From positions 4,704,001-4,768,000 of the forward strand of contig OZ244744.1 in NCBI GenBank assembly GCA_965219455.1: a DNA stretch of 64,000 nt, written 5' to 3'. Source of the stretch: Candidatus Latescibacterota bacterium (GTDB lineage Bacteria; Latescibacterota; UBA2968; GCA-2709665). Both the position numbers and the translations under genes were made by a program. Shown here piece after piece: positions 9,387 through 19,659 of the stretch. The notes under the pieces were generated by a model. It ran no database searches and was not told the DNA's origin. It saw only the letters and a list, made by a program, of their open reading frames with translations. Every line of letters begins with the position of its first letter. Position 1 is the first letter of the stretch.

Positions 9387-10682
9387 ATGCTTTTCGCATT
9401 GATCCTCTGCGCTTTCCTGACATTTCATTTCCTCAGCTTTTCCATCGCGTTTGCGCAGAACGACCTCAGCGTGGAACAATATGAAGAGGACTTCGATTTT
9501 CTCTGGAAAACGTTCAGGACCGACTACGCCTATTTCGACGAAAAGCGGACGGATTGGAATCGAGTCAGGGAGATTTACAGGCCGAAAGTCCGGTCGATTT
9601 CGACTAAATCGGAATTTGTCGCATTGATGGAGGCGGTCCTGGAGGAATTGTACGACGACCACATTCATCTGAACACGCATACGGCATCATCTCCGAACAT
9701 CGTCCCGTCGCGGACCGACGTTCGGGCGGAATGGAAGGACGGGAAGGCGATCATAACGGGAGTTCGATCGGGCTTTCCCGCCGATTCCGCCGGTCTTTGT
9801 CCGGGGATGGAGATTCTTCGCTTTAATGGCATGCCGATCGAAGACGCCGTCCGAAAACGGATGGGCGGGTCCTTTGTCCAGGTCGACGAGGAGATAAAGA
9901 GTTGGACGCTTAGGAAAGTCCTGGCGGGATATCGGAATCAGATCAGGACAATCGAGGTCCGGGACGGAGGCGAGACCAGGCGGGTCTCCATTCCGCTTGA
10001 ACAGTTCGATATCGCATACAAATCAGAATACCGATCAAGACTCGATTTCCGGATTCTCGAACCCCGCATCGGCTACGTGATCATCAACGGCGCCCTGGGC
10101 GACCGTCGACTCCTGGAGCTCTTCGACGCCGCGCTGGAGGCGTTGCGCGACACCGGCGGATTGATCCTTGATCTGCGCAAAGTCGGCGGTGGCAACACGG
10201 GGGTCGTTGAGGGAATTATCGGACGCCTGATCGACCGGGAACGCGTCTACCTGCGAACCGTGCCTCGAAACGGCGTTCCGTTCCTGATCCGGGTCAAACC
10301 TGGAGGTGATTGGCAGTATAAACAGCCGGTTGTCATCCTGGTGAACCGCTGGACGGGAAGCGCGGGGGAGGGCCTGGCAATCAGCCTGGATCTCATCGAA
10401 CGAGCGAGGGTTGTCGGAACGAAGATGGCGGGACTGGAGGGTTCGGTCTACACGATGCGAATGCCCCATACGGGAATCGGATTTCAGTGTACCAAACAGA
10501 AGGTCTTCAACGGCACATTAAAGGGAGACCCCGCGGCGCGAAATTTTGTCGGATCGTCAAGAAGCGCGTATACGCCTTCCGTACTCGTCGAAACGATGAC
10601 GAAAACCTTGCACGAAGATGAGGATCCGATTCTTGAGAAGGGTCTGAAGGTTCTCGGCAAACTGATGATTCGAGCGAGATGA
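9387..10682 (+). CDS. Secreted S41 family peptidase with PDZ-like domain
   Basis: Signal peptide, YAYF, DDH, SPA-like PADSAGL, LILDLR..GGG, TGSAGE catalytic Ser. Confidence 0.88.
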   Translation: MLFALILCAFLTFHFLSFSIAFAQNDLSVEQYEEDFDFLWKTFRTDYAYFDEKRTDWNRVREIYRPKVRSISTKSEFVALMEAVLEELYDDHIHLNTHTASSPNIVPSRTDVRAEWKDGKAIITGVRSGFPADSAGLCPGMEILRFNGMPIEDAVRKRMGGSFVQVDEEIKSWTLRKVLAGYRNQIRTIEVRDGGETRRVSIPLEQFDIAYKSEYRSRLDFRILEPRIGYVIINGALGDRRLLELFDAALEALRDTGGLILDLRKVGGGNTGVVEGIIGRLIDRERVYLRTVPRNGVPFLIRVKPGGDWQYKQPVVILVNRWTGSAGEGLAISLDLIERARVVGTKMAGLEGSVYTMRMPHTGIGFQCTKQKVFNGTLKGDPAARNFVGSSRSAYTPSVLVETMTKTLHEDEDPILEKGLKVLGKLMIRAR

Positions 10683-10877
10683 TTTATCATTCCCTGGTAC
10701 CATTGCATCTTTCATCGTCGACACCCTTCAAGACCATAGGCGTTCCCACGGAACCGTATGGTTCGGACATCGTCGGCCGGGCGACATTCCTGTAGATTTC
10801 AACTTCGGAACTATCGAAAACCTTGCTCCCGGAGAGCCAATAATCTATATTGGCGTTGTGTACTAAGTTGCGGTATA

Positions 10878-10979
10878 CCACCAGGAAATATTGGAAGTCC
10901 CTGAAGGAGCGTAATTATGTGGAAGGACCCTATCGTTGAGGAAATTCATGCAGTTCGACGACAGATCGCAAAAGAGTGC
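10878..10979 (+). pseudogene. Remnant of a PIN-type TA pair (possible toxin tail plus antitoxin N-terminus)
   Basis: QEILEVPEGA* then AGGAG-ATG MWKDPIVEEIHAVRRQIAKEC (10917-10979), after which similarity ends. Confidence 0.55.
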
Positions 10980-11427
10980 ATCCATCATCGTTCAGCGCTC
11001 CTTCGCCCTCTACATTGCTCTCTAATTATTATGGGGAAATTGTCTCATTAATATAGGCACAGAGGGGACTACGCGAAAAAGAGAAAAGACATAAAGGAAG
11101 GCTTATCTTTTCGATGCCGGAGAAAAGGTCCGAGACGCAGGCTGACGGCTGACGGTTTGACTGCGTTGCCGAGGAATGGCGCCTCAACGCAGGTCGAGCA
11201 GATCGACCTTGCAGCCATCAGTTTTCGCGGCTATATTGTAAAGAGAGTTCTGCGGAATGTGAGATGAGCTTGGTGCCTGGTAAGCAATCCGAAGGGTGCG
11301 AGAGTCTTATGACGAAGGTTGAGGCGTCAACGCAGGATGAACCGCGGGCCGAGTATAATTTGAAAAGCCTGCGGGTGAGGAAGGTTGGTTCTGGGCGAAA
11401 GAGCTTTGGCAGGCACGTCGTCCAGCT

Positions 11428-11590
11428 GTGTTCTGTCCCGGAAATAGATCGCCGAAATTCGGCCGCCGAATCGCCCGGCTCACAAGGCGCCTGAGCGAGG
11501 CGACCTGCGAAAGGTCGGCGACTGAAGGGAACGCAGCGAGACGCGATGAATCGACGGAAGAATGGTGACATATTTCTGGGACAGGGCAAC
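11428..11590. mobile_element. MITE with ~18-bp TIRs
   Basis: TGTTCTGTCCCGGAAATA vs TATTTCTGGGACAGGGCA (15/18 inverted); internal CAAGGCG-hairpin-GAACGCAG. Confidence 0.7.
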
Positions 11591-11976
11591 AAAAGCCTGA
11601 CGTTGCAGAGGTTTTTCCAGATGCTGATTCTGTGAACCAGGCAGCATTGCGATTCCTGATACGTGTGACCAGAGAAAACAAGCCGGCGCTTTCTGAAGAT
11701 GTTGGTGATGACTGACACCTGACGTGAAAGGCCCAGACGCTTTACTCGGTTAAATACAATCGAATTTGCTATGTATGCAAATCCCCGTTGGTGCGGTTGG
11801 CTGGCGGGGATTGTATTCAATGAGCGGATGTGTTTTTCAGGGTCACCAGGACGGATCACGATTCGCCGGCGCGGACTGTGAGATCTACGATTCTTTTCAC
11901 GATCTGGTCAACGCGCTTCTATTGGATGGAACTGCTGGCAGATAGACGTATACAACGTATACAGTAAGGAGACAAG

Positions 11977-12888
11977 ATGAAGACCTTTCCGTTGCAGTAC
12001 ACGACGGCCAGCGCCGCGGGACAGATGTCTTTCCACCTTCCCAAGGCCGTGCAGTACGAGGGGAATCCGGTACTCGCGGCCACGGACAACCAGGAGTTCG
12101 CGGGTCAGGACGCGACGTACATCTCGGTGATCCCGACAGCGGGCGTGCTGCCGGACCCTATCGATGCGTACTATGCTTACGTGGCGACGCACGACGGGTC
12201 GGAAATCTGGCTTGCGACGGCCGGGCACCCGCTGGGGCCGTGGACGTGGCGGCAGGCTGTTCTGGAACTCGCGGCGACGTCGTTCACGAAGCACATCTCC
12301 TCTCCGTCGGCCGTAATGCATAACGGGGAGGTCTACATGTATTTCCACGGTGTCCACCCCGCCGGCAGGCAGCCGACGGCGCTGGCGACGTCGAGTGACG
12401 GCATCCATTTCGAGCAGAAGGTGTTCCCCATAATGACAACGCATCCGAACCGAAAGAACCACTGGTACGGCCAGAGCGTGAGCTATGTGCGGGTGGTCAA
12501 GGACGGCCCGATGTTCATCGGGACGTTTCAGGGGAACGGCCTCGGGTGGAACGCGCAGGCGAACGGCGTGACGACCGTGGCCGGTCTGGCGATGAGCGAG
12601 GACGGGATCCACTGGCGGCTGTCGAAAAAACCGTTGCTCGGAAATATGCCGGGCAGCCGGGGGCCGTTCGCGTCGATCCTCGTCCGTCTGTGGGACCGCT
12701 GGATGATGCTGTTCAACGATGACCGCGGGCTTTCCGGGGCGCTCTCGGAGGGATCGGACGTGACGGGCCCGTACGAGGACATGGGTTGTGTGCTGGAGTC
12801 CGGACACTGGCCCTTTCCGGTATTTCACGAGGACAAGCTCTATCTTCTGTGCGGCGGAATCAACGCCGCAGTGATCGATTGGAAATAG
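11977..12888 (+). CDS. Five-bladed beta-propeller glycoside hydrolase-like protein (GH43/130/32 superfamily)
   Basis: YEGNPVL, ATAGHPLGPW, SSPSAV..NGEVYMYFHG, ATSSDGIHF, AMSEDGIHW blade repeats; AAGGAG RBS. Confidence 0.75.
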   Translation: MKTFPLQYTTASAAGQMSFHLPKAVQYEGNPVLAATDNQEFAGQDATYISVIPTAGVLPDPIDAYYAYVATHDGSEIWLATAGHPLGPWTWRQAVLELAATSFTKHISSPSAVMHNGEVYMYFHGVHPAGRQPTALATSSDGIHFEQKVFPIMTTHPNRKNHWYGQSVSYVRVVKDGPMFIGTFQGNGLGWNAQANGVTTVAGLAMSEDGIHWRLSKKPLLGNMPGSRGPFASILVRLWDRWMMLFNDDRGLSGALSEGSDVTGPYEDMGCVLESGHWPFPVFHEDKLYLLCGGINAAVIDWK

Positions 12889-12944
12889 ACAACGTGCGTC
12901 AGGACTGATTTGAATCGAACGATTGGATGCCGGGGGAAAGAAAC

Positions 12945-13604
12945 ATGAACCGAAGGTTGTTGCGAACGACGTATCACGCAGAGGTCGAAGAGGTCAACTT
13001 CACGCACGGTCTGCCGACGTGGATGACGGAATCGCCGACCGGGTCGTCTACGGCCTCGACGCATGACTATACCGATCCGTACGGAAGCCATTACGCGATG
13101 ATCGCCAGGGGAAAAGCCGGCGAGGGCGTGGCGCTGGCGGGGTCTCCGCTGAGCACGTCCGTCGTGAAGGTCCTGGAACTTGAGGCGATCGGGGTGACCG
13201 TGGACGGACCGGCGGGGTTGAGCCTGGGGCTTGTATCGCCGAATGATGGCGTCGCCGGGATTCAGCTGGAAGCGGTTCCCATCGATGCCGGCGTGGCACA
13301 GGCAGGCCGCGTGCGGCTACTGCTGCGGGACGGGTCTTCGGAAGGGAAGAGGACGCTCTTCGCCGAGGGTAACGACGGACAGATCCTCGACGGCGGGACT
13401 GTGATCGATGACATTGACCTGGGGGTTATCGTCAATACAGAAACGAAGTCAGCCCAGGCGCACCTGGGATATTCATACGTCTCCTGCGGTCCCGACGGCT
13501 TTCCGGCCGGGCAGGTGCTGGCTCCTGGGATCAGGACGGCCCTGGTCGCGGATGGGGAGGCGTCGGCGAAGGTGCGCCGGGTGACAATTGGGATATATAC
13601 GTGA
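12945..13604 (+). CDS. Hypothetical protein (beta-rich)
   Basis: 219-aa ORF with coding-like composition, downstream of the GH-like gene. Confidence 0.65.
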   Translation: MNRRLLRTTYHAEVEEVNFTHGLPTWMTESPTGSSTASTHDYTDPYGSHYAMIARGKAGEGVALAGSPLSTSVVKVLELEAIGVTVDGPAGLSLGLVSPNDGVAGIQLEAVPIDAGVAQAGRVRLLLRDGSSEGKRTLFAEGNDGQILDGGTVIDDIDLGVIVNTETKSAQAHLGYSYVSCGPDGFPAGQVLAPGIRTALVADGEASAKVRRVTIGIYT

Positions 13605-13688
13605 ATAAATCAGGAGTGAACGGTGATTGCACTTGGACATTGCAGCAAACCCGCGGCATACCGACGAGCCAAAGTTGAATTCAAACGC

Positions 13689-14036
13689 CTACAAGCCGAG
13701 ACTATACCTGACGACGTCTTCCACTTTATTCAGGGTTGCTCCGGAAACTCGCCCAGCTGCATCATCGGGAAAACGTCTTGAATCCAATGATCGCACTTGA
13801 AAACCCAGGAAAACTGTTTCCATATCCAGGCCCGTTTCTGCTGGCCTCAGCCGGATGTTTGTGGGATAATCTTGAGTAATGTTGGTGCCCCTTGTACCAA
13901 CAACAACGGTCACCACAAGTGGCAATCGATTTATTGCATCTATAGACAGAACCAGTACCGGACGGCGACCCGACTGCTCTCGCCCCGTCACCGGATTAAG
14001 GTTGACGAAGTATATTTCACTTCGTTCAATGGCCAT
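13689..14036 (-). CDS. mazF: MazF/PemK family toxin
   Basis: EIYFVNLNPVTGREQSGRRPVLVLS...QVRSLDSRRF. Confidence 0.9.
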   Translation of the reverse strand: MAIERSEIYFVNLNPVTGREQSGRRPVLVLSIDAINRLPLVVTVVVGTRGTNITQDYPTNIRLRPAETGLDMETVFLGFQVRSLDSRRFPDDAAGRVSGATLNKVEDVVRYSLGL

Positions 14037-14275
14037 CAATCATCCAACCCATTGCCCTCTGTCGGGGAGAATTCGTTCTCGATTTCCCGGAGTTCCTTTT
14101 GAATTTCAGGATCGGCGGCCATTTTACTCAATTGAGCATCTATGTCAGTATTCGAAATCACATCAGCTCGAATTCGGTGACTCACTCTTTCAATCAGTTG
14201 CAGTTGCTCATCCGGAGTCAGACGACTGATCTTTTCTTCGAGGTCATTTACGATAGATGTTTCAGCCATCGCCAT
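14036..14275 (-). CDS. Antitoxin partner of the PemK toxin
   Basis: Acidic 79-aa ORF overlapping the toxin start; MAADPEIQKELREIENEF. Confidence 0.75.
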   Translation of the reverse strand: MAMAETSIVNDLEEKISRLTPDEQLQLIERVSHRIRADVISNTDIDAQLSKMAADPEIQKELREIENEFSPTEGNGLDD

Positions 14276-14498
14276 TCTCCTTGTCTATTCGTTCATTTTG
14301 GCACACTCAAAATAACGACAAAGACCCGTTCCAAGTCAAGAATATACCAGCCAGCGGCATTTCTGGGATCTTCGAACTTCCTGGATCGAAGTTAGAGTCT
14401 TACGTTAAGACTTCTACGCAAGACGCATTCATGTTTTTTCAGGCAGCTCGCATAAGGTAAGGCGTTGAAATCCCCCCACCGCATCAGCCGTCGCCGGG

Positions 14499-14582
14499 CC
14501 CTTCGACAGGCTCAGGACAGCGCCCTCGACAAGCTCAGGGAACCGGCTCGGCTTCTGCGACTCCCCCTCAAGGGGGGAGTAA
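14499..14582 (+). repeat. REP cluster (CTTCGACARGCTCAG units plus ACTCCCCC-TCAAG-GGGGGAGT hairpin)
   Basis: Related copies at 45937-45998, 31465-31495 (reverse) and ~54990. Confidence 0.75.
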
Positions 14583-14834
14583 CGGCACCGTCAATCGGGC
14601 TCGTGCGTTCATTTCCACCTGTCTGGTTGCGGCTGAAAAACGCGAAGCCGCGTTAAGCAGGATCAATTGTGCATAGTATTCTCATCTCACCTGTTACTTG
14701 CATTCAGGCGTTCTTTTCTCTCGATTTACTAATTCCGATACTTTTCGGTTCATTCGAGCCTGATCCTTCCACGGGGGATAGAAGAGGAATGCCGAGCAAT
14801 CGTCACCGTCCTCGACCTTCATCGAGGCCAACAG

Positions 14835-15728
14835 ATGACGGATAGGTCCCGGGCGCTTGTGGAGGTGCATGTTGCGACCCTCCTGTATGGATTCATCGCG
14901 CCCTTCGGAAAGGCGGTCGACCTCGACCCATATCAGATCGTCTTCTGGAGGACGTCTCTGGCAGCGATCGTCATTTTCGCAGTCGCCAGGCGGCTGAAGA
15001 GCCACACGCCGGTCAGGAGTTGGAGCGATCTTGGTACCTTTGCGGCCATCGCAGGCCTGCTGTCCGTCCATTGGGTACTCTTCTTTCAGTCGATCAAAGT
15101 CTCGACGGTCGCAATCGGTCTGGTGACGACGTATACATACCCTGTGCTCATGGTGTTCCTGGAGAGCCTTTTCTTCAACATCAGGCTCCGAACCATCGAC
15201 TTCGCCAGTGCGGTCGCGGTATTGATCGGGGTCTACTGCCTGGCGCCGGGTTTCGATCTGTCCGATGGGAATTTTCAGGGGGTTATCTACGGCATGGCCT
15301 CCGGCGCGATGCTCCCATTCTTCATCCTGTTACGCAAAAAACGGATTATCCACAGATACAATAGCTGGGACATATCGGCGTACGAGATGGGCATCGCCGG
15401 CCTGCTGCTTCTGCCATTCATGCTTTACGATACAACCCTTTTCGAAATTCCGGGTACGAGGGATCTCCTGCTCGTGGTGGTGCTGGGGGTGGTGCTGACC
15501 GGATTTGCACGAATTCTCTTCGTCAACAGCCAGAGACACCTTTCCGGGAAGGTTGTCGGGGTCACCCTGGCGCTGGAGACAGTTTACGGTGTAATCATTG
15601 CAGTGATCTTCCTGGCAGCCATACCGTCGGGGAGAGAAATCATCGGCGGTCTGATTATCCTGTCCGCGGCCGTGTTCGAGAGTCTGAGAGCGCCGGGAGA
15701 TGACACTGTCGATAAGGACAATCAGTGA
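14835..15728 (+). CDS. EamA/DMT family transporter
   Basis: IVFWR, HWVLFFQSIKVSTVAIG, LETVYG. Confidence 0.9.
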   Translation: MTDRSRALVEVHVATLLYGFIAPFGKAVDLDPYQIVFWRTSLAAIVIFAVARRLKSHTPVRSWSDLGTFAAIAGLLSVHWVLFFQSIKVSTVAIGLVTTYTYPVLMVFLESLFFNIRLRTIDFASAVAVLIGVYCLAPGFDLSDGNFQGVIYGMASGAMLPFFILLRKKRIIHRYNSWDISAYEMGIAGLLLLPFMLYDTTLFEIPGTRDLLLVVVLGVVLTGFARILFVNSQRHLSGKVVGVTLALETVYGVIIAVIFLAAIPSGREIIGGLIILSAAVFESLRAPGDDTVDKDNQ

Positions 15729-15847
15729 GTCGGGATAGCGGCCGCATAAGGAATCAGAGGACTGTGCCCTACCCGAAGCAGCAGGCGGTGAATGAAGAAG
15801 AGGATGTCATCAGACAATTGGTTTCAGCCGTTCGGGAGAGTAAAAAT

Positions 15848-16918
15848 ATGAAACTCGGAAAGTTCATGATGCCACTGCATCCGCCGCAAAAGAATCGCAC
15901 ACAGACGTTCGAAGAGGACATCGAGTGCGTGCTGTGGGCCGAAGAGCTTGGATTCACCGAGGTCTGGATCGGCCAGCACCATACCGCAATGTGGGAGCCC
16001 ATTCCCGCCAACGACCTGTTCATCGCCCACGTCCTGCCGCAGACGGAGCGGATCCGCCTGGGCACGGGGGTCACCATTATGACGCAGCATCATCCGGCGA
16101 ACGTGGCGGTCCGCCTCGCCTATCTCGATCATCTGTCCCGAGGGCGGATCAACGTCGGCTTCGGGCAGGGCGGAGTACCGACCGACTGGCCGCTGTTCGA
16201 TCTGCCTGATCCGCGCACCCAGGGGCTGATGAACCTCGAGGCGATGGACGTCGTCCTGAAACTGTGGACCGAAGACGGCCCGTTCGAGTTCAAGGGGGAT
16301 TTCTGGAACGTCGCGATGGCGGAGAAAGTCCCGGAGCTGGGATTGGGGGAGGTGTTGAAGCCGTATCAGAAGCCCCATCCACCAATCGCCATGAGCATCG
16401 TCAAGGAAGAATCGATGGCGGCCACGACAGCCGGTAAGCGCGGATTCCTGCCGATCAGCATCAATATGGCGCCGGCGCACAAGGTGAAACGGCATTGGGA
16501 GATGTACTGCCAGGGGGCCGCGGAAGGGGGGCGGGACGAACCGGACCGGGGCGACTGGAGAATATCACGCAGCATCTACGTCGGCGAGACCGATGCCCAG
16601 GCTCGCGAGCACGCCCTCGGCGGCGCCTTCGCCGACTCGCTGGTGTACCTTCGCGGCATGCTCGAAATCGCCAATATGCTGGATCTGCCGAAGATGAATC
16701 GGGAGATGTCCGATGCGGACGTTACGCGCGAATACATCATCGATGAGATTGCCATCGTCGGCAGTCCCGATACGGTAACCAGACGCCTGCAGGAGCTGTG
16801 CGACGTCACCGGCGGTTTCGGCACGGTGCTGATGATCGGCCACGACTGGGACGACAAGGCGAAGATGAAGCGCTCGATGTCGTTGATGGCGAACGAAGTC
16901 ATACCACGTCTTCCATAA
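15848..16918 (+). CDS. LLM-class flavin-dependent monooxygenase (luciferase-like)
   Basis: FMMPLHP, AEELGFTEVWIGQHH, IRLGTGV, LDHLSRGR, PYQKPHPP. Confidence 0.92.
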   Translation: MKLGKFMMPLHPPQKNRTQTFEEDIECVLWAEELGFTEVWIGQHHTAMWEPIPANDLFIAHVLPQTERIRLGTGVTIMTQHHPANVAVRLAYLDHLSRGRINVGFGQGGVPTDWPLFDLPDPRTQGLMNLEAMDVVLKLWTEDGPFEFKGDFWNVAMAEKVPELGLGEVLKPYQKPHPPIAMSIVKEESMAATTAGKRGFLPISINMAPAHKVKRHWEMYCQGAAEGGRDEPDRGDWRISRSIYVGETDAQAREHALGGAFADSLVYLRGMLEIANMLDLPKMNREMSDADVTREYIIDEIAIVGSPDTVTRRLQELCDVTGGFGTVLMIGHDWDDKAKMKRSMSLMANEVIPRLP

Positions 16919-16993
16919 GGGGCTTTACCTGCTCCGGGCGGCGGCGGTCGCCGCGCCCGGTACCCCCTTTACTTACACGTCAGGAGAGATCCC

Positions 16994-18895
16994 ATGAGTA
17001 CGGCTCGCGCCCGTCGCGCCATCGTCGCCGGAATGGACGGCGCCAGCATGGAACTGGTGAAGAACATGGCCGACGCCGGCCACATGCCCAACGTGCGCGC
17101 CCTGATGAAGGCGGGCGTCTGGCGGCCCATGGTCGGTGTCTTCCCCACCCTCACGCCGCCGGGCTGGACGGCCCTGTCCACCGGCTCGTGGCCGGGCACG
17201 CACGGAATCCTGGACTTCAATATCCGCCACGTGGGCGAGCCCCTGGACAGTACGCTCTGGGGCATCGACACCTCGCTGTCGCGCTCGGAGTACATCTGGA
17301 ACGCCTTCGAGCGCGGCGGCCGGAAGCCGATCCTGGTGAAGTGGGAGATGTCGTGGCCGCCCACGGTGAGTTCGGGGGTGCAGGTGGAGGGCACCGGCCC
17401 CGGGGTCTCCAACCACCACCAGGTGGCGGGCTATCACCTTTTCGTCGGCGGCAAGTGGGCGCCGAGGCGGCTCGAGGCCCAGCGCGACCCGGAGACCCTG
17501 GATCCGAGCGCCCTGCAGGGAGTGCGCGAGTTCGACCCCGTGACCCTGGTCGACGCTGTGGGTTGGACCGGAGCGCCCGAATCCACGCGACCGCCGAAGG
17601 AGGCGGTCCTCACCATCCAGCCCCTGGCGAGGGGCCGCGAGGGCATGAACCGGGGCCGGGAGGGCGCCCCCGTTCCGCTGCACGCTCTGATTTACGCCAG
17701 CGGCGCCGGCGGCTATGACCGCGTGCGCCTCTGCCGGTCGAAGGACGCCGCCCGGCCGCTCGCCGACCTGGGGGTGGGGGAGTGGAGCGACTGGTGGCTG
17801 GACGGCTTCGAGATCGACGGCCGGAAGGTGCGCGGGTACGTGCGGGCCAAGCTGATCACGCTGACGCCCGAGGCCGACGCCTTCGAGCTCTTCATCCCCC
17901 AGATCTGGCCGCCCGACGGCTACACGAAGCCCGCCTCCGTAGCCCGCGACATCGACCGGAACGTGGGTAACTTCCTGCAGAACCCGGGCCGCGACGCCCT
18001 CGGCCTGATCGACGACGACACCTACTTCGAGCTGCTCGAATTCCACCACCAGCGCCTGGCCGACGTGGCCGAGCACCTCGCCGGCTCCCGGGACTGGGAC
18101 CTGCTGATGACGGAGACCCACGCCTCGGACTACACCAGCCACTTCTTCCTGCGCGCCGCCGATCCCCACTCCGGGGCGCCGCCGGCGGTGCAGCAGCGCT
18201 GCCGCGAAGGGGTGGAGCGCACCTATGCCTCCATCGACCGCTGGATCGGCCGCCTGCGCCGGCTCGTGGGGGACGACACCGCCTTCTTCGTGGTTTCCGA
18301 CCACGGCGGCACCTCGCAGCAGCACACCGTCGTCAACGTCGCCGCGGTGCTGGAGCAGGCCGGGTTCCTGAAATACGAGGGCCGCGGCCCCGACCGACGC
18401 ATCGACTGGACGCGCACCCGGGCGGCGGACGTGGGCCTGGTGCACGTCTTCGTAAACCTGAAGGGGCGGGAGCCCGGCGGTATCGTCGATCCCGCGGACT
18501 ACGACGCCGTCTGCCGGGAGATCATCCAGGCGCTGCACGACTACGAGGATCCGGAGACGGGGCGGCGTACTTTCGCCCTCGCGCTCACCCGGGAGGACGC
18601 GGAGATGGTGAACCTGTGGTCGGACCGCGTGGGCGACGTGGTCTACGCCCTGCGCCCGGAATTCGACGGCGCCCACGGCAAGCAGCTCCCCTCGGTGACC
18701 TTCGGCATGGCCGGCCAGCACTCGACCTTCATCGCCGCCGGCGCCGGTGTGCGCTCCGGGGGGCGCCTTGAGCGCCAGGTGCGCGTTATCGACGTGGCGC
18801 CCACGGTCTGCTACCTCACGGGCGCGCCCATGCCGCGCAACGTCGAGGGCGGGGTGATCTACGAGGCCGTGAAGGACCCGGACCTGCACCGGTAG
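16994..18895 (+). CDS. Alkaline phosphatase superfamily / nucleotide pyrophosphatase-phosphodiesterase
   Basis: GMDGA, PTLTPPGWTALSTGSWPGTHGI, VVSDHG, IDVAPT. Confidence 0.9.
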   Translation: MSTARARRAIVAGMDGASMELVKNMADAGHMPNVRALMKAGVWRPMVGVFPTLTPPGWTALSTGSWPGTHGILDFNIRHVGEPLDSTLWGIDTSLSRSEYIWNAFERGGRKPILVKWEMSWPPTVSSGVQVEGTGPGVSNHHQVAGYHLFVGGKWAPRRLEAQRDPETLDPSALQGVREFDPVTLVDAVGWTGAPESTRPPKEAVLTIQPLARGREGMNRGREGAPVPLHALIYASGAGGYDRVRLCRSKDAARPLADLGVGEWSDWWLDGFEIDGRKVRGYVRAKLITLTPEADAFELFIPQIWPPDGYTKPASVARDIDRNVGNFLQNPGRDALGLIDDDTYFELLEFHHQRLADVAEHLAGSRDWDLLMTETHASDYTSHFFLRAADPHSGAPPAVQQRCREGVERTYASIDRWIGRLRRLVGDDTAFFVVSDHGGTSQQHTVVNVAAVLEQAGFLKYEGRGPDRRIDWTRTRAADVGLVHVFVNLKGREPGGIVDPADYDAVCREIIQALHDYEDPETGRRTFALALTREDAEMVNLWSDRVGDVVYALRPEFDGAHGKQLPSVTFGMAGQHSTFIAAGAGVRSGGRLERQVRVIDVAPTVCYLTGAPMPRNVEGGVIYEAVKDPDLHR

Positions 18896-18901
18896 GCGCC
18901 C

Positions 18902-19252
18902 GGTCAGTTCAAAGGGAAGGGGCTTCTTCTTCCCCGGACCGTTGAAGCGATCACCGCCCGCCATCGAACCGACATGAAGGACGAAGTCCTGGGTCAGATT
19001 GTGGATATGGGGCTGGGGTTTTATGTCAATTCGAACATATACGGCAAAGAGTCGGTTCCGTACGGGTTCGGGCGCTACGCATCTCCCCGTGCATTTGGCA
19101 ATGCAGGATACCAGTCGTCGATCGCCTTCGTGGATCCCGATGCGAGCCTGGTTGTCGTGTGCATTTTCAACGGCACGCCTGGAGAAGATGCCCACCAGGT
19201 CCGCAATAGAGAGACCAACAGCGCCATCTATGAGGATCTGGGTCTGATTTAG
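18902..19252 (+). pseudogene. C-terminal fragment of a serine hydrolase (beta-lactamase/EstB-like)
   Basis: GLGF...SPRAFGNAGYQSSIAFVDPD.LVV; SxxK-containing N-terminal part is missing. Confidence 0.75.
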
Positions 19253-19566
19253 GTTGTTCAAACCGGGAGATTCCGGCCTTACCGAAATGTCGAGAGCGAT
19301 CCTTCGCTCCGTCTGAGCCAATTGAAGTCGCAACCTGGCGAAAATCGACACGACGCACGCATCGTATTGACGAACCTGTTGAACCCAGCGTCCGAATTCT
19401 TCCAAAGCGCGTGGAAGCGGGCAAATCCATCCATCGCCTGCCAGAGCTCCGCGACCCCTCCGAGTGTCCGTTTTCGGACATCACTGTATCATAAACGAAC
19501 ACCGCCTGATCGACGAGATCACCCCTCCCATCAAGTAACTTCCTGAAAAACCTGTACATTGGAATC

Positions 19567-19582
19567 TGGCACGGTTTTTGAT
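19567..19582 (+). promoter_or_regulatory. Sigma54-like -24/-12 element
   Basis: TGGCAC-GGTTT-TTGAT (one mismatch to TTGCW) ~80 bp upstream of the permease. Confidence 0.45.
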
Positions 19583-19659
19583 AATTCTAGTTTAATCTAT
19601 TGTCTTCTGAGATTATCGATCCTCGGGGTCGCCATATAGATCAATCAGGTACGCAAGTC

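Noticed and set aside
16973-19405. 810-aa reverse-strand ORF
   Set aside because: Antisense shadow of the GC-rich phosphodiesterase gene; no motifs
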